A stretch of 64,000 bases of DNA from the NCBI GenBank assembly GCA_013239625.1, contig MU053334.1:248001-312000 (forward strand), given 5' to 3'. Source of the stretch: Lama guanicoe (Eukaryota). The notes beneath the pieces were generated by a model. The model was given only the letters and a program-made list of their open reading frames with translations, made no database searches and was not told the origin of the DNA. The number at the start of each line of letters is the position of its first letter. Position 1 is the stretch's first letter. Shown here piece by piece: positions 1-20,579 of this stretch. The position numbers and the translations under genes are program-made.

Positions 1-59
1 CCTTAAAACCGGCTCCGCAGGACCCCCACACTTGTTCAAGAAGGGTCCCCAGGAGCATC

Positions 60-640
60 TCCACCCTACTAGGCGCGCGGGCTCTGCAAGGACAGCCACT
101 TAGGGGTCGGGAGCCCTATGCGAGGGCGGGCGGGCTGGGAGGCGAGCGCCGGCTCACCGGGGAAACACCGAGAGGCGGGGACACGCGGGGACTCGGCGAC
201 AGCGGCGGCGGCGGCTCCGCCCGGGCCGGCCCGCCGCCGGGGGTCTCGCTGCCCGCAGAAGGACAGCGCGGCACGCGGCAGGTGGGGCAGCGCAGCTCGC
301 AGGTAGGCGCCTCCCGATCCCGCCGCCGCCCGCATCGGCCCCGCGCCCTCTCCCGCCTCTCCCAGTAGCCGCTGGGCACGCCGATCTTCCAGGTCGCGGT
401 CAGGGACTCCGGGGCCCATTGGGGCGCAGCGGCGGGGACAGGGCGGGCGTGGCCCCCAGGGCGCGGGGTCCTGGTGGCCCTTCCCCTCCCTGCCCGGACG
501 CAACGCAGCTTCCGGCTGGGATGGCCCTTTGGTCTAGTGGAGCCCGTGAGTCGCCGGTGGGGTGGAGCACCCGCCCGGGGAAGGCGGCGGTCTGAGTGGG
601 GAGCTATTTCTGGGCCCCGTGCGCCCTCCTCTCGCGCTTC
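60..640. promoter_or_regulatory. CpG island, likely promoter / non-coding first exon of CRACR2B
   Basis: Dense CpG and GGGCGG boxes about 1 kb upstream of the CRACR2B ATG. Candidate donor cag|gtagg at 302/303 and candidate acceptor ttcacag| at 1595, just before the ATG. Confidence 0.55.
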
Positions 641-1619
641 CTCAGACCTGTCCTCTTTGGAGATCTTGCCCCCACCCCCAGGAATGCGGATGGGGAGAGA
701 GAATCACTGTCCTGGAATGAGGGGTGAGGGGTCCGGAACCCCAGGTGGAAGGTGTTGCTACACTGGGGGTCAGCTTTGGGACATCCAGGGTCAGGGTGCC
801 GTGGGAATGACAAGTGGTCTGATTGGGGACAGGGACTTGGAGGAGGCCAGTCTGGTGGAGAGTGAAGTGCTAGGAGGAGGGGCCGCAAGGACGGACTCCG
901 GCTGATCCTGACAAGGGCCACGGAAGGCATTGTGCCGGGGGCGGGACTCTGGGCCTGCACCCCAGGGGCCTGGTGCGGGTGGGAGGAGCTGTGGGCCAGG
1001 AGGGAGGAGCTTACCCCGCCTGCCAGCTGGTAAGAGGCAGAGCGCTGAGGCCCAGACTCAGGGTCTAAGGACTCAGCCAGGATTGGCTGGGTGCTCCCAC
1101 TGACCCAGTCAGATCAGCCTCGTCTCCAGGTCTCCAACTCCATGACCTGTTCAGCACCTCTGCGGCTGACCAGCCCTGACCCAAGCCTCCACCTCCTCAT
1201 TTTGTCACAAGATCTTCTATAGCTGCTCCCCAACAATACACTGAGACCCTCTCTCCCCCAGCCCACCCTCTCCTGCCCTGGCTCCCTCCTTGGGCCACAG
1301 CCTCTAGCTCCCTGGGTGGCCCTGAGCCCACATCACTCCACCCCTGACAACCATCTGCAGCCCTACCTGCAATTGGGCCATACCTCCCCAGGTTGCCCCT
1401 CCTCTCTGGACCTTGCCATGCCCTCTCCCACCTTCCCATCTGGGGCAGGGAGGCCCTTGGGCTCATCCTGGCTCCCACCACCCCAGCTCAGCCCTCAGAC
1501 ACCCTTACCCCACACCCTCTCTCTGCCTTCACTTCCCCTCTCCCCTCATTTCTTCTCAGCTCTGCTCAGGCCCTGACTCCTCCTTGGCTTCACAGCACCC
1601 AGCAGCTGAGATCCTCACC

Positions 1620-4881
<3,262 letters not shown>

Positions 4882-5122
4882 CCGGCCCGGGTGACTCACT
4901 GGGCGTTACTTGGTTACTTGAAGAGGCTGCCCCTTGAAGGCAACTCGTCATGGCTGAGGGCTGCTCATCCAGAGTGTGGGTTCTACCCAGTTGACTGCCT
5001 GGGCTGCCTGACTTGCAGACATGAAGGAGCTAATCCCAGGGTGGTCAGGGTCTCATGTGCCTCCCTCAAGGTCCTCGTCCTATCCCCATCCCATCAAAAC
5101 CAGTAAGCCCCGCCCCAATCCA

Positions 5123-5128
5123 AATAAA
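5123..5128 (+). terminator. CRACR2B polyadenylation signal AATAAA
   Basis: AATAAA about 240 nt after the stop codon, followed by GT-rich sequence (cctgtgtgcg). Confidence 0.75.
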
Positions 5129-5949
5129 GTCCACTGACTGCACCTCCTCGGCCTCCTGTGTGCGAACCACAGCATTTGTGACGTACACCTAGGTGTCCAC
5201 GGTATATGCGTCTCCCTGGTCGTCTCCCTGAGCCCTCACCGTCTGTCAGAGCTGAAGCCCCACCCCACAAGCACTCTGTAGGGACAAAGGGACTGAGGCC
5301 ACTGTCTCCCAGAAAGCAGCGGATGGGGTTTCCTCCCTGCTCCCAGCCTCAGTCAGCCGCCCCCACCCCATGTCCTCACAGGGCCCTGGGTGGGCTAGCT
5401 AAGCCCGCTGGAGTCCTGAGTGGAGCCGCCTGGGGTAGGCCTGGAGCTGCCCCCCCCCACCCGTGCCCCTCCTCCTGCCTGGGGAGCTGGCAGCTGCCAG
5501 CCCGAGCCACCGGCAGGGAGCTGGGGGTGAGCGCTGCCCACTGTCCATGGAGAGCCGCTCCAGCCCACTGTGCAGACTCAGACACGCCTGGGACTCCCCT
5601 TCCCCTCCCTACTCCCACTCTCAGCTTCCCAGTTCGGCATGTCAGCAGGCGCCGCCCTTTCTCCCTCACATCTTCCCACCACTCCCGGGCGGATGCCCTC
5701 CAGACTGGACTACCTCTCACATTGACCCTAAGCCTCCCCTCCAGGCCGTCCTCCAAACTACGCCCAGAGGACTCCTCTCTGCATCTGACCATACCTCCAG
5801 ACCCTCCCCTCATCTGCTCTGCCGACCCCTGCAGACTCCGGGTCTTGGACACAGCCCAGGGCCTCGCTGGCCTGACCGCCTTCCCCCCCGCCCCTTCCCG
5901 CCACAAGCGCAGCTCCCCCCGAGGGGGCTGGCCCTGGCTGGGCTGTGGG

Positions 5950-6780
5950 CACCCCCGGGCTGCAACTCTCCCGGCCTCGGCAGCCTCGGGTGGACCCCAG
6001 CGCCTGCACCAGGCGGTGTCCCACCGGCTTGAGCGCGCGCGCGCGCGCGCGTCGAGCTTTGCTCAGACCTGCCGGGCGTCGGCGGCCGTGGGCGGGGCCT
6101 GCGGGGCTGGGGCGGGGCCCTGGGCGTCCCGGCGCGTCTCGCTCGCAGCCTCGCGGCCGGCCGCGCATTCTCCGCGCTCGGAGCCGCCGCCGCCGACGGC
6201 CCGACTCCAACGCGTGGCTGGTGAGTGCGCCGCCTGGCCCGGCCGACCGGGAAAAGCTGCGCGCCCCGCGGCCCTGCTGGCCCTTTCCGGAGGGAGAAGG
6301 GCGCCGGGAGGCGGGGCGCGCGGAGGGTCCACAGAGCGAGGGCAAGGCGCCTCCCGGGTCCTCGATCAGGCCTGGCGGCCCCCTCGGGCCAGCGGTTCCA
6401 CCTGAGCACCGCACTCGCTGTGCGTGGACACGGGTCCCCTTCCCTCCGCCCGGTGCAAGTGGGCGGTCCGTGTGCTGCGCCCGGCGTGGGGGGCGGCGGC
6501 GGCCGCGGTGACTTCATCGCGGTGACGCGCGAATTCCTCACCGGGCCTGGCTGGAGCGGAGCGCGGAGTCCCCCGCCTTGGGGCGCGGGCCGCCGACGGG
6601 CCCTGTTGAGCGGCGGGGGCTGGGGGCGGGACAGCTCTGTCCCAGGCCGCAGGAACTATTTTTGGCCGGCCCTTTCCCGGGAGGATCGTCTCCACCAGAC
6701 ACTCCCGGAAAGAGCAGCCCCTCCTCGGCCGGCCTCCGGTGGGCGGGCCGTGGGGGCCGGATCTGTTTCTGGGAGCAGCC
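5950..6780 (+). promoter_or_regulatory. CD151 CpG-island promoter with non-coding exon 1 (donor ctg|gtgagt at 6220/6221)
   Basis: CpG-dense, multiple GGGCGG boxes, a (GC)9 tract and a strong donor. A probable second non-coding exon lies at 7161-7217 (ttctag| ... cag|gtgagt). Confidence 0.7.
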
Positions 6781-8006
6781 TCCCCAGAAGGCCTAGGGCC
6801 TCAGAGCAGGCTCCCGCACCCCGCAGCTCTGTGGTAGGGGTCTGCGCCTTCTTTTCTTCCCAGGTTGCTGCTACTGTTGCTCGGTGGGGGAAGGGGCAGT
6901 GACAGTTCTGGTGCTGAGGCCAGAGTGGGGTGCATGGAGGAGGCGCGTGGTCCCTCCCAGGGTCGGACTGTCCAGAAATATCCTCTGCCCTGCCCTGCCC
7001 CTCCCTAGCCCAGACCAAAATACGCAGCCTGGCCGCTCCCCTCTCAGCCTGCTCTGGAAGCCCAGCTCCGGTCCACTGCCTGGGTGGGCCACAGAGAGGG
7101 GTGGCAGGATCCCGCCCATCTGGGTTGAGTCAGACCTGCGACCTGTCCCTGCTCTTCTAGCGGAGCCTTCTCAGGAACGTCTGTCCATCTGCCTTACAGA
7201 GCAGCCCCCCTAGCCAGGTGAGTGTAGGGTAGGGTGGGTCAGAGTCCAGCTCTGTTGGCTCTTTGCCTGTCTGGAAATATGGCCCTGGTGCTCAGCCGCT
7301 GTCTGTGCCCCACAGCCCTCCTCCCACTCTCCCCAGTGCAGACACCCCGGAACAGAGTGGGCAGGGGAGGAGAACAGGGTGCCTCGAATAGGTGTCTCGG
7401 GGGAGGAGCACTGCCTGGAGCTGCACTTATCCCTGGGGTCGGTGTGGCTGTCCGGGTTCCAGGGATGAGGGCGGCACTGAAAGCCCGCAGCTCCATCTGC
7501 CTCGCACCTTTCCTTTCCCCTGAGGCCGCAGGACTAGGTTAGAAAGGGGCAGGTCAGTCCCCTCCAGCAGCCGGTAGGTTCCTGCCAGCTCGTGACATGG
7601 GGTCCGGGGAATGCTGGGGTGGGGTGAGGAGCCTGCATGAGCTCACTCGGAGGTGCCTGCTGGGGCTTCCTACCCTGGCTGCCAGCAGAGGTGAGTCAGC
7701 CGCCGATGGCTGTGGGTCCTTCATGCTCCCACTGCTGGGCTCTGGGCTCTGGGCAGGGAAGCCAGGCCCTCTGTCCTTTAGCTGGGCTCTGGGCGCCAGG
7801 GGTCTGCCCTCACTACGGGAGGACTGGGGGCTCTTGAGCTGCCCTCCCAGGAAATGTCCTGGTTCCCATGGACACTGTCTCAGAGCCCCTGTCTAGGGCA
7901 GGACCCAGCCTGGGGCTGGCCTGGACACTTGTGTCCCCTCCCTCCATCCTCACTGGTGGCTGGTGGTTCTCCCAGGCAGGCCCTGCCCCACCTCCCTGCC
8001 GCTAGG

Positions 8007-10115
<2,109 letters not shown>

Positions 10116-10445
10116 CCTGCCCGCGGGCCGCCGGCCTCGCCGCGCTGCTGCTTCTCACTGATGCGTAGACTACTGAGCTGACGCTCCGGGCGGCTGGCCG
10201 GGGAGCCGCGGGCCCGGGATGCGGCCCCTTCCCCTCCCACTTTGGCAGGGAGATCTTGTCCTCACGCCTGGGCCCCCGCCGCCGTGCCATCACCAAGACC
10301 TCTGGGGACCCCCAGTCCCAGAGGGAGCTTCAAGTGCCTTTAGCTGCACACCAAAGTCCTAAGGCCTGAGGCAGGGCTCCTCCTGTCTGCCTGTCTGCCT
10401 GCCGGGGTGGGTGGAGCTGATGGGATGTGGGGATTGAGTTCTGAT

Positions 10446-10870
10446 AATAAAGCCCCCCTTCGCTGAGGCCACCTCCTTTGGGGTGGGATCCTGGGTCCTT
10501 GGGTTGCTCCCTGATGCGTATTCAGTTAGAGGGACCAGTTTGATGGACAGAAATGGCTGGCCCACCCAGGGTGCTCCCTGTCCCCTGGATAGTGGTCATG
10601 GGCAGCACCAGGAAGGGCAGGGCTGGTGAGAGTCGGTGTAGGGGGATGGCAGGCAGCGGCAGGTGAGGCGCCCCATGTGCCCACCCCCAGAGCCCCCAGG
10701 TATTGGGGGCCTCTGGTTAAGCCACCTCCACCCCTCTGGGGAAGCCAAGCAAGAGCCCTCTCCCAGGTCACTGTTGTCTCCCCTTCCCTGGAAGCAGCTC
10801 TGTGGGCTTTATTCACTGCTGTCTGACCACGCCTAGGACTGCTCCTGCTGTGTACTGGGTGCTCAATAAA
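10446..10870 (+). terminator. two candidate CD151 poly(A) signals (AATAAA at 10446-10451 and 10865-10870)
   Basis: Two canonical hexamers downstream of the CD151 stop codon. Confidence 0.6.
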
Positions 10871-12155
10871 CGCCTGTGGACCCGATCGGGGAACTCTACG
10901 TTAATGATGGAGATGGTTCTGGTCCTCAAGGCCTTCATGTCTTGCAGGGTGGACAGGACTACCCACCTCGTGCCACAGAAAAGAAGTGCAGAGGCCCAGG
11001 CGTGAGCTGAGAGCTGGGGATGCAAGGGAGAGGAGGCCAGTGGCAGGGATGAGCACAGGCTCTGGTGCAGAGCCCTGGCTGTCCATGGACCCAGTGACGG
11101 GTATGGCCAAGGCCCCACGGAGGAAGTGGACGTGGACCTCAAGTGGCTCAGGCCGCTTGTGGTTCCAGAGGTCCTTCTGGCCACTGTGCAGGGACCAGGT
11201 GCAGGAGAAGGTAGAAGAGAGGTGGGGGAGGGGAGTGGAGGTGTTTCAAGAGTGAGTTGGGGTCCGGAAGGACACATGCTAGTGCTGGGCCCAGAGGGGC
11301 CATCACAGGCAGACTCCATCTTCCCCTTGAACCGGTTTCCTCATCTGTGGTCAGAGGACCACTTCAGGCATCTGGGCCGGCCCTGAGCAAGATACCCTCT
11401 GCCTGCTGGAGGGAGTGGGCCTGCCTCACCCCTCCCATCCCTGCTGCAAGGCAGCTTCTGGCCACTTCTTCGCATGGAGTGTTAATGCCTGGGACAGTGG
11501 GAGCTCATCCAGCCCCTCCTCTGGGCACCTGCAGCCCACGGCGGGGTCTACAGGCAGCCTGTGGAGGTTGTGCAGCACTTGCTCGCTGTGGAGGGGAGAG
11601 GCCTGCTGGGCTCCGGCAGAGCCTGGAAGCTTCTGACAGCAGTGCCCTCCAGAGGGGCCCCTGTAACCACAGCAGGCACTCTGTTCAGGGCTCAGAGAAT
11701 CTGGTTCTTTAGATTTAGATCCTGGGGGAGAGGATGTGAGGACCTCTGTCCTCAGCCTACGGAGCACCCAGAGCACTGATGTGGGGATGCCATCAGCCCT
11801 TGGCCCACAACCCAACCACTCACAGTCTATGCTTTTCGTGGGGCTGAGTGCAGCCTCCACAGGAAAGCTAGCCCGGCAGAGCATGGCCGTGTGGATGGGG
11901 GCCCTGTGCATATTTCTCCCTCCTCCTGGGCAGTGAGGGCCGAAATCACCTCCGCTGGCCTCACGCACAAGGCAGGACACAGGAACAAAGCTAGGCCAAC
12001 TCTTAGGACCTCCAGGTAGCCCTCAAAAACCTTTATCGGATGGTTCTTTCCAGAGAGGGAGATGCAAGCTGACAGGGCTGTGGGCAGGCATGGCTTCCAG
12101 GTCCCCACACCAGGGGGGACGAGCTGTGGGCAGGATGCTGTCTGTTGGGCCCACA

Positions 12156-14150
<1,995 letters not shown>

Positions 14151-17100
14151 GAGAACCGGGATAGTCGTGGAAGAGGTGTCTTTCAAGCTGAACCTTGAAG
14201 AGAGAGCCCGAGTGTGTGTGAGAGCAGGACAGATCCTGGCAAAGGGAACCCTTGGGCAGAGGCCTGCAGGCTGTACCTGGAGCTGGAGGAGGTGATGGGG
14301 CAGGAGCCATGAAGGATTTAAAGGGAGGGGAATCTGTGTCTCTGGAAAAGAGGTGGGGTGAAGCCCCTGATCCTATGGCTAGGGGTAGTGGAGAGGGCTG
14401 TATACAGTGAGAAGCAGGGAAGGCTCCCTGGAGGAGATAAGCTTTGGACTGGGGAGGGTGGATGTGTCGCACAGTGGCACCTGTGACTTAGGCACCTATG
14501 CAGGCTTTGGGCAGTTCGCTGGCCTGAGGAGTCTGGATCTCACTTTGGGGTGGGTGGGGCCTGTCTTGGGTCCCAGGCATCAACTAACTGCCCTCTCAGG
14601 GTAGATGATGGACCCTGGCCTTAGTTGAGAGGCAAGGAGATGGAGGTCCAGGCGGGAGATGGAGAGGCTGACCAGAGCTGCTGCCTGCCTGAAGTTTGAG
14701 CCCCCACCTTTGCCTGGGCCCTGGATGGCCTCCCCAGTGGTGTTTGCCATCCCCCATCCTGCCACGTGCGGAGCCACGAGCTGGAGGCCACTTCCCTGCC
14801 CTGCCCCCCTTCCCAGGCTGACTGGACGCACATCCTGTCCCCAGCCAGAGAAGCGGGAAAGGGACCTTGAGTCATAGGGGCCTGGGGTCATAGCCAGGCT
14901 CAGCTGTAGAGGCTGCTGCGTCTGTGGAGGTGAGGGAGACGGGGGAGGGATCTGGGATGTCATCTGGGTGGGCCTCTGGGAGCACGGGGGAAGCTGGGGC
15001 AGAAGGCTTCCTGGAGGAGAGGCTGCCTCGCCCGGCTCCTGCCCCGTAGTTGTTTACTCCCAGAGAGGGAGGGGACGGAGTGCCAAATTGACATTCCTGG
15101 AATTCTGAGAGCTCTGTGTGGATTTGGGGGTGGAAGCGGTGGCGGCCTCCTCCTCTCCAGCTCCCTGATTTCCAGGGGGAGGCTGCGGGGAGCAGTGTGC
15201 AGGGCCCCAACGCTCATGTGCACTTGGTCCTCCGTCTCCACTCTGCCCTGGCTCAGTCCCAGCCAGCTAGACCAGAGGACAGGGGAGCCTCAGAGATCAG
15301 CCCTGCCCTCCTGCCCGGCCAGCCCTGAGTGGCCATGTCCTGCTAGGTGTGTTGGGGGGAGCAGGCCAGGGTGTGGGCAGGCTCTCCTCAGGGTGGGCAG
15401 GGGCAGGAGGGAGGCCCCAGGGACCAGAGCATGGGTAAGGGTGAGGGTGGAGGGGAGTGTGGGCAGGGGAGGGAGGGCTGTGCTCACACGTGGTCTGAAA
15501 CCCGTGAGCCCTGCTTCCTGCTCGAGAAGGGTCACTTCAGGGCAGGCAGGGGACAAGGGGCAATTAGCGATTGAAGTTTCAGCTGCTGGGACCCTCTGGC
15601 CCTGAGTGTTCTGGAAACAGGCTGAGCCCAGGGAGAACCCTGCCTGGGAGTCGGCTGACCCACCCCCTCGGCCTGGGTCCCAGCCTCCGCTTCACCGCTT
15701 CACCGCCCGAAAGTGTGGGTGGAACCAGAAGCTGCCCAGCTGGAGGGTCCAATTGGGGCTACGTGGGCCTGGGGTCCCGGGCTCAGCCCCTGGCCCTGAT
15801 TGCTATGGGTAGGCTTATGCTCACACAGGGGTGATGCAGGGCACCCGGATGCCGCCCCAGGGGCAGAGGGGCTGCCCATCTGCTACTCCCACGGGAGCCC
15901 TCCCAGCCCCAGGGGCTGGGGAGTTGGGTGTGGTGGTTTGCCGGTGTGCTTGAAGCTGAACTGGCCCTAACATAGAGACCCCTGGACACGCCTGGGCCGC
16001 ACTGGGCTTCCTGAGGGTGCTGCTCTGGAGGGGTCTGGGCAGCCCAGGGGTGGGGGTGGGTGTCAGGGCTGAGGTTGGGGAACATACCTGGTGGGCACCG
16101 GAGAAGGGTGCTCCCAGGGCCTGTGGTGGGTGGAAGGAGAGGGTGGTGGGGGAAGGCCCTGAGTTTGGGGTGGGACCCAGGGGGCCCAGGAACAGACTGG
16201 GGCCTCCACCCCTGGAGGGGGTGTCTCCCAGCCCCGGAGGCTCCAGTTTGGGCTAGGGGATGTGGCTCCTCCCAGGGAGGGTGTGCCAGCCTGGGGGTTT
16301 GCCTGCCCCTCCCCCAGGGTGGGGGCCTACGGAGGGCTGAAGCAGCAGCAGGAAGGCTGACACCACAGGCCTGTTTGTCTTGGCGGGGCCCTCCTGGCTC
16401 CTCAAAGCCGCCTTAGAGCTGGGGGCCTGGGTGGGCGGGCCGGCTCCGCTCTCCACCCTGAGCTGCCCCCACTGGGGTGCATGCTCCCAGGCCAGGCCCC
16501 TGCCGCTGCCCTGCTGAGAACCGCAGGTCTGCCCCAGGCCTCCGAGTCTGCCGTGGGCAAGCCCTGCTTCGGTGTTTGGGGAGGTCCTTCTTCGAGTGGG
16601 ACCTTGATCTAGCCGGGTAGGTGCCCACGGCCTCTGTGTGGCTCATGCTGCCCCAGGGCCCCCACCCCAGGGTCCTGGAGGGTCTAGAAGGCCCAGGCCT
16701 GGGCTGGCAGGCTGTGGGAGGGGTGTCTTGGTGTTCTCGTTCAGCCCTATTCCTGCTGCCTGCTGTGTGTGCTGTACTGGGAGACGCAGGCCTGTCCCAC
16801 TCTGAGCTCAAAGGAAGCCCAGAGCAGGGAATGGGGCAGGGAGGCTTCCTGGAAGAGGAGGCTGGGCCTGGGTTGGGGAGCGAGCCACCCCTGGTCCTGT
16901 CCGGCCCTGCTCCCATGCCCTGACTGCACGGTTGTGTCTGAGTTGTCTGAGATGGGGGTGGGGGCCCTGGATTCATGGAGAGGCATGGTGGGGACCAGAA
17001 GGTGCCGGGATCATTCATGGAGGGTCCAGGGGCTGCCTTGGGGGTTGGGTTGGGAATGTGGCCAGGTAGTGGTGTTGGCCACAGGTCCTCCTCACATGTG

Positions 17101-20100
17101 GGGGCCCAGGAGGGTTGTGGGCCATGCCAGGTGCTGCTGGAGCTGCCCTTTAGGGCCTGACTGGGCGGCCCCATCCCCTGATGCCCAGGTCCTGGGGGGT
17201 AGGGTGCACAGACGCAGCCTTAGACCTGGATGGATGCATGGTTTTTAGCTTCAGCAGTGTTGCTGTGGGCTTTGGGCCCCTCAGCTCCCGGTCTGTCAAA
17301 GAACATGGGGCGTGTCCCTCCCACCCTTCATACTTCGCTGGGCCTGAAAGCCCTCCGTGGATGCTTCATCCCTGGGCACAGCGACTGCTCTCCCTGTGTG
17401 GTAGGTGCACTGGGGTTTCAGAGGGGCTAGGTCTCGGGTTGTCGGGGCCTCGACCGGCTCAGTGGCTTCACGTCTGTCCCAGGTGTGGGTCTGAGTGGAC
17501 CGGCTGGCAGTGGGCTGCCCCTGAGGGGATGAACATGAGGAGATGGGCACGTGCCTGTGTGGCGTCTGAGCCTCTGCTGCCCCTCCTTGCCCTTGGGCTG
17601 CTGGGAAGACCGGCTGCCCCACCCCCCAGGCTGCCAGGAGCCCTGGTCTGAGGGGTGAAGTGTGCACGCGTGGCCAGGATGCTGTCGCAACCCCTATGTG
17701 AGCTTGGGACCCCTCCCCACAATCCCTGGCTCTCAGGGGAGGACCCCCGTGAGCACTAACGGCAGATCAGTGGGCCTCGTGAGTCATCACTGGCTGGCTC
17801 CTGGGGAGAGCTTAGGCCTGTGGCTTGGCGTGTCTGTCTGCTAGCCCCAGATGAGCCCAGGAGGATGTCATGGGGGAGGGGGACACTGCAGGCTAGTCTC
17901 CGGGGCCCAGGACCGCCTGGGACTGGGACGGCCCTCAGCCTGTGTGTGTGTCCTCGTCTCTGGACGTGTGTGTTCTCTGGTTGCACGTCCCCACTTGAGC
18001 AGCCGGGTGTCTCCCTGGGCGTCTTGGAAGGCCATGCGAAGGGTGGGTGGGGGTGCAGCCCGCAGGTCTGAGCACACCCCTAGCTGCCCCCCAGCTGCCC
18101 CCCTGCCGCGGGAGGGACCTGGTCCTGAGTGGAGGGCTGTTCCTCATCCCCTTGGAGAGCCTCCATTCTGCAGTCGTTCCTACAGGGAGCTCCAGCTTGC
18201 CTGCTGGCTGCCCAGCCTCCAGGGGCACTGGGCACAGCCTGCCCTCTTTCCTGTGGCCAGCCCAGGTACGTCCCGGCCTGGCGGGGCAGGGACGCAGCAC
18301 TGGGCTGCCTTCTGGTCTCACCCACACCCAGCCCGAGGGCCTTGATGGCTGGCCACCCTCCTGGTCCTGGGACAAACCGGGGCTGAGCCAACCAGACGTC
18401 ACCTCCTCAGTGTGTCTCACTGGGGTCCCACCTGCTGAAGGAAAGGCTTGACTGTGGGGACAGGGTCCCTGGGGCTGGCTGGGAAGCGCTCCACCTGGCA
18501 GCCTGGATGTACTCCTGTCCTCGCTCCAACTGGCCCCGGGACCCTTGGTTGAGTTTTCTGGTTTAATCTCAGCTCAGTCTCACCTGCTCACCTGAGTGAT
18601 GGGTGCAGGGTTTAGAGACGGGACAGGGGTTAGCAGGAGTTTTAGGGGCTGTAGGAATGCTATTGGCTGAGTGAGGTGGGGAAGGGGGGGTCCTGGGTGC
18701 TGGGCCCAGTGTGGGAACCCAGGCCAGACTTCCCCTTCCCCACCCCGCCCTGAGCTCCAGTGTGATGAAGGAGTGGAGGGCCGAGCCCACGGCTCCCCAG
18801 GTGGGTGGCCCCACCCTGGTCCTCGGAGGCCCTGCCCTGGGAGCCAGGCTGGGGAGATAGACATGCCCTTCCGTCCTCCTTAGCCTGCCTGTTCCCACAA
18901 GTGTGCACAGAGCACACACCCTCTCATGTGCTGGGACTCTTGGGGCCCCGAGTGTCCATCCCTGGCTTGGGCGTGTGGGGCTGGCTGAGTTGGGCCAAGG
19001 GAATGGTGGCTGGAGGCTGCTGGGGATCCCCAGAGTCTCCAGGGGTCACCGGCAGCCACTTGCTCCCTGGGCAGAGCTGCAGACAGTGGTCTCTGCAGGG
19101 CCTGGATGGGGGCTTCCAAGGCCTGCTTCTCCACCGGGCCCCTGGTGTGTGGTCACTGTTGTGTCCCATTCCAGGAGCCCAGGCACACCAAAGAATCCTT
19201 GGGGGAGGAAGGATAGAAGGACCTGGGAAGCCTTGGCAGGCCCCCAGTTTGGGCAGGGTAGGGACACTGGGGTTCTCCTGTTCCTACTCCCTGCTAGCCA
19301 GAACCAGCTCAGCTCAGAGAGGACAGCATAAAGACACTGCCCCTGAGGCTTGAGCTGCAGTTCTCCTCAGAGCCCTCCGGCAGCACAGGCCTGGGGCAGT
19401 GGTCCTCAGAGCACAGCAGGGCTGCCAGACCTCACTGGGCCCCCCGCCCAGCAGACATCTCCCAGACTTGCCACCGCAGGCACCACTTAGTTTCAATCTA
19501 TCACTTTGTCAGCACCACTGATGGGTCCCCCTCCCTCCTCCTCCTTGTCCCCCCATTTCTTTTCCTTCCTTGCACCATCTCCCCATCCCCATTCCTCCCA
19601 CTCCTCTCCCCTCTGAGTTCTGCGGACCTTGGGTGAGTCCTTCCCTCCATTTCTGGGACCATCCAATGGGATGGATGCTGTCCATGGGCGGCCTTGGGGA
19701 TAGGGTAGACCCAGTCCAGGGCTCAGGGCTCATCTATGCCTGTGGTGGCCACCCTCCCCCAGGCCTGGCTCTTCTGTCTGTGCAGACAGGAGGAGCTCAA
19801 CCCCTCCTGGGCCGCAGGCAAAGGGCAGACAGGGAGGGGGCATCTGGGACAAATGCTGGTGTCTTCCCAGCACACTCTAGGGTCCCTGCCAGTGGGGTGG
19901 GCTGTGGGGGTACAGCACCTGTGGTGGTGGTGCATGTGCCTGCCCCTCTGGGCTGTTCCTGGTGCGTGTCTCTGCTCATCAGCCCTTGGGCACACCACAC
20001 CCCCGGCACAAGAGGCTTTGGAGCAACACGTGTGCGTGCCACCTGTGATCCGCAAGCCTGGTGTGAACCCACATCCAGCTGAGTGTGTGGATGTGTCTGG

Positions 20101-20579
20101 GAGGGGCTGGTGCAAAATGAAAGTCAGAGCCCCTTGGTCAAAAATTATGGAGAATTTCAAGACAGTGGCTGCAGAGCATCAAAACCAGGAAGGGGTCCTG
20201 TGTGACTGCACATGTCATGTGCCAGTGAAGCCAGCCATGCTCCCTTGGCTGGGTGAAGCAGGGTGCCGCCAGGGTTGAGCGCTGAGTGGGCCTGGGGTGG
20301 GCCGCCAGCTTTGCATGGGGTCTGTCTCCCAGGCTGACCCCTGTCCCGTGTGAGCTGCGCAAGCTTCGGGGTCCTGGCGCAGCCCTTGTCCAGCACAGGG
20401 TGGGCTGCTCGGAGAGTGTGCACCCGCTGTGTGTTCCGGCTGTAGTCCCCGAGCTCCCTCATCTGGGCCAGAGGTCTGGGCCGGAGCTGCCCCAAGTCGC
20501 CACCAGACGGCAACTGGGTCACCCCTCATTTGCATAATGCTTTGCATTTTGCGTGGGTCAGAGGTCTCTGAGCCCAGCT

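Noticed and set aside
4882-5950. Possible Rab-GTPase-domain exons as in the long CRACR2A isoform
   Set aside because: No GxxxxGKT, DTAGQE or NKxD motifs were found in any listed ORF, and the gene ends with a stop and AATAAA before the CD151 promoter.
5206-6405. 399-aa + strand ORF and overlapping long ORFs across the CD151 promoter
   Set aside because: Pro/Arg/Ala/Gly-rich translation of a CpG island with no recognisable domain or codon periodicity. Stop codons are rare at this GC content.
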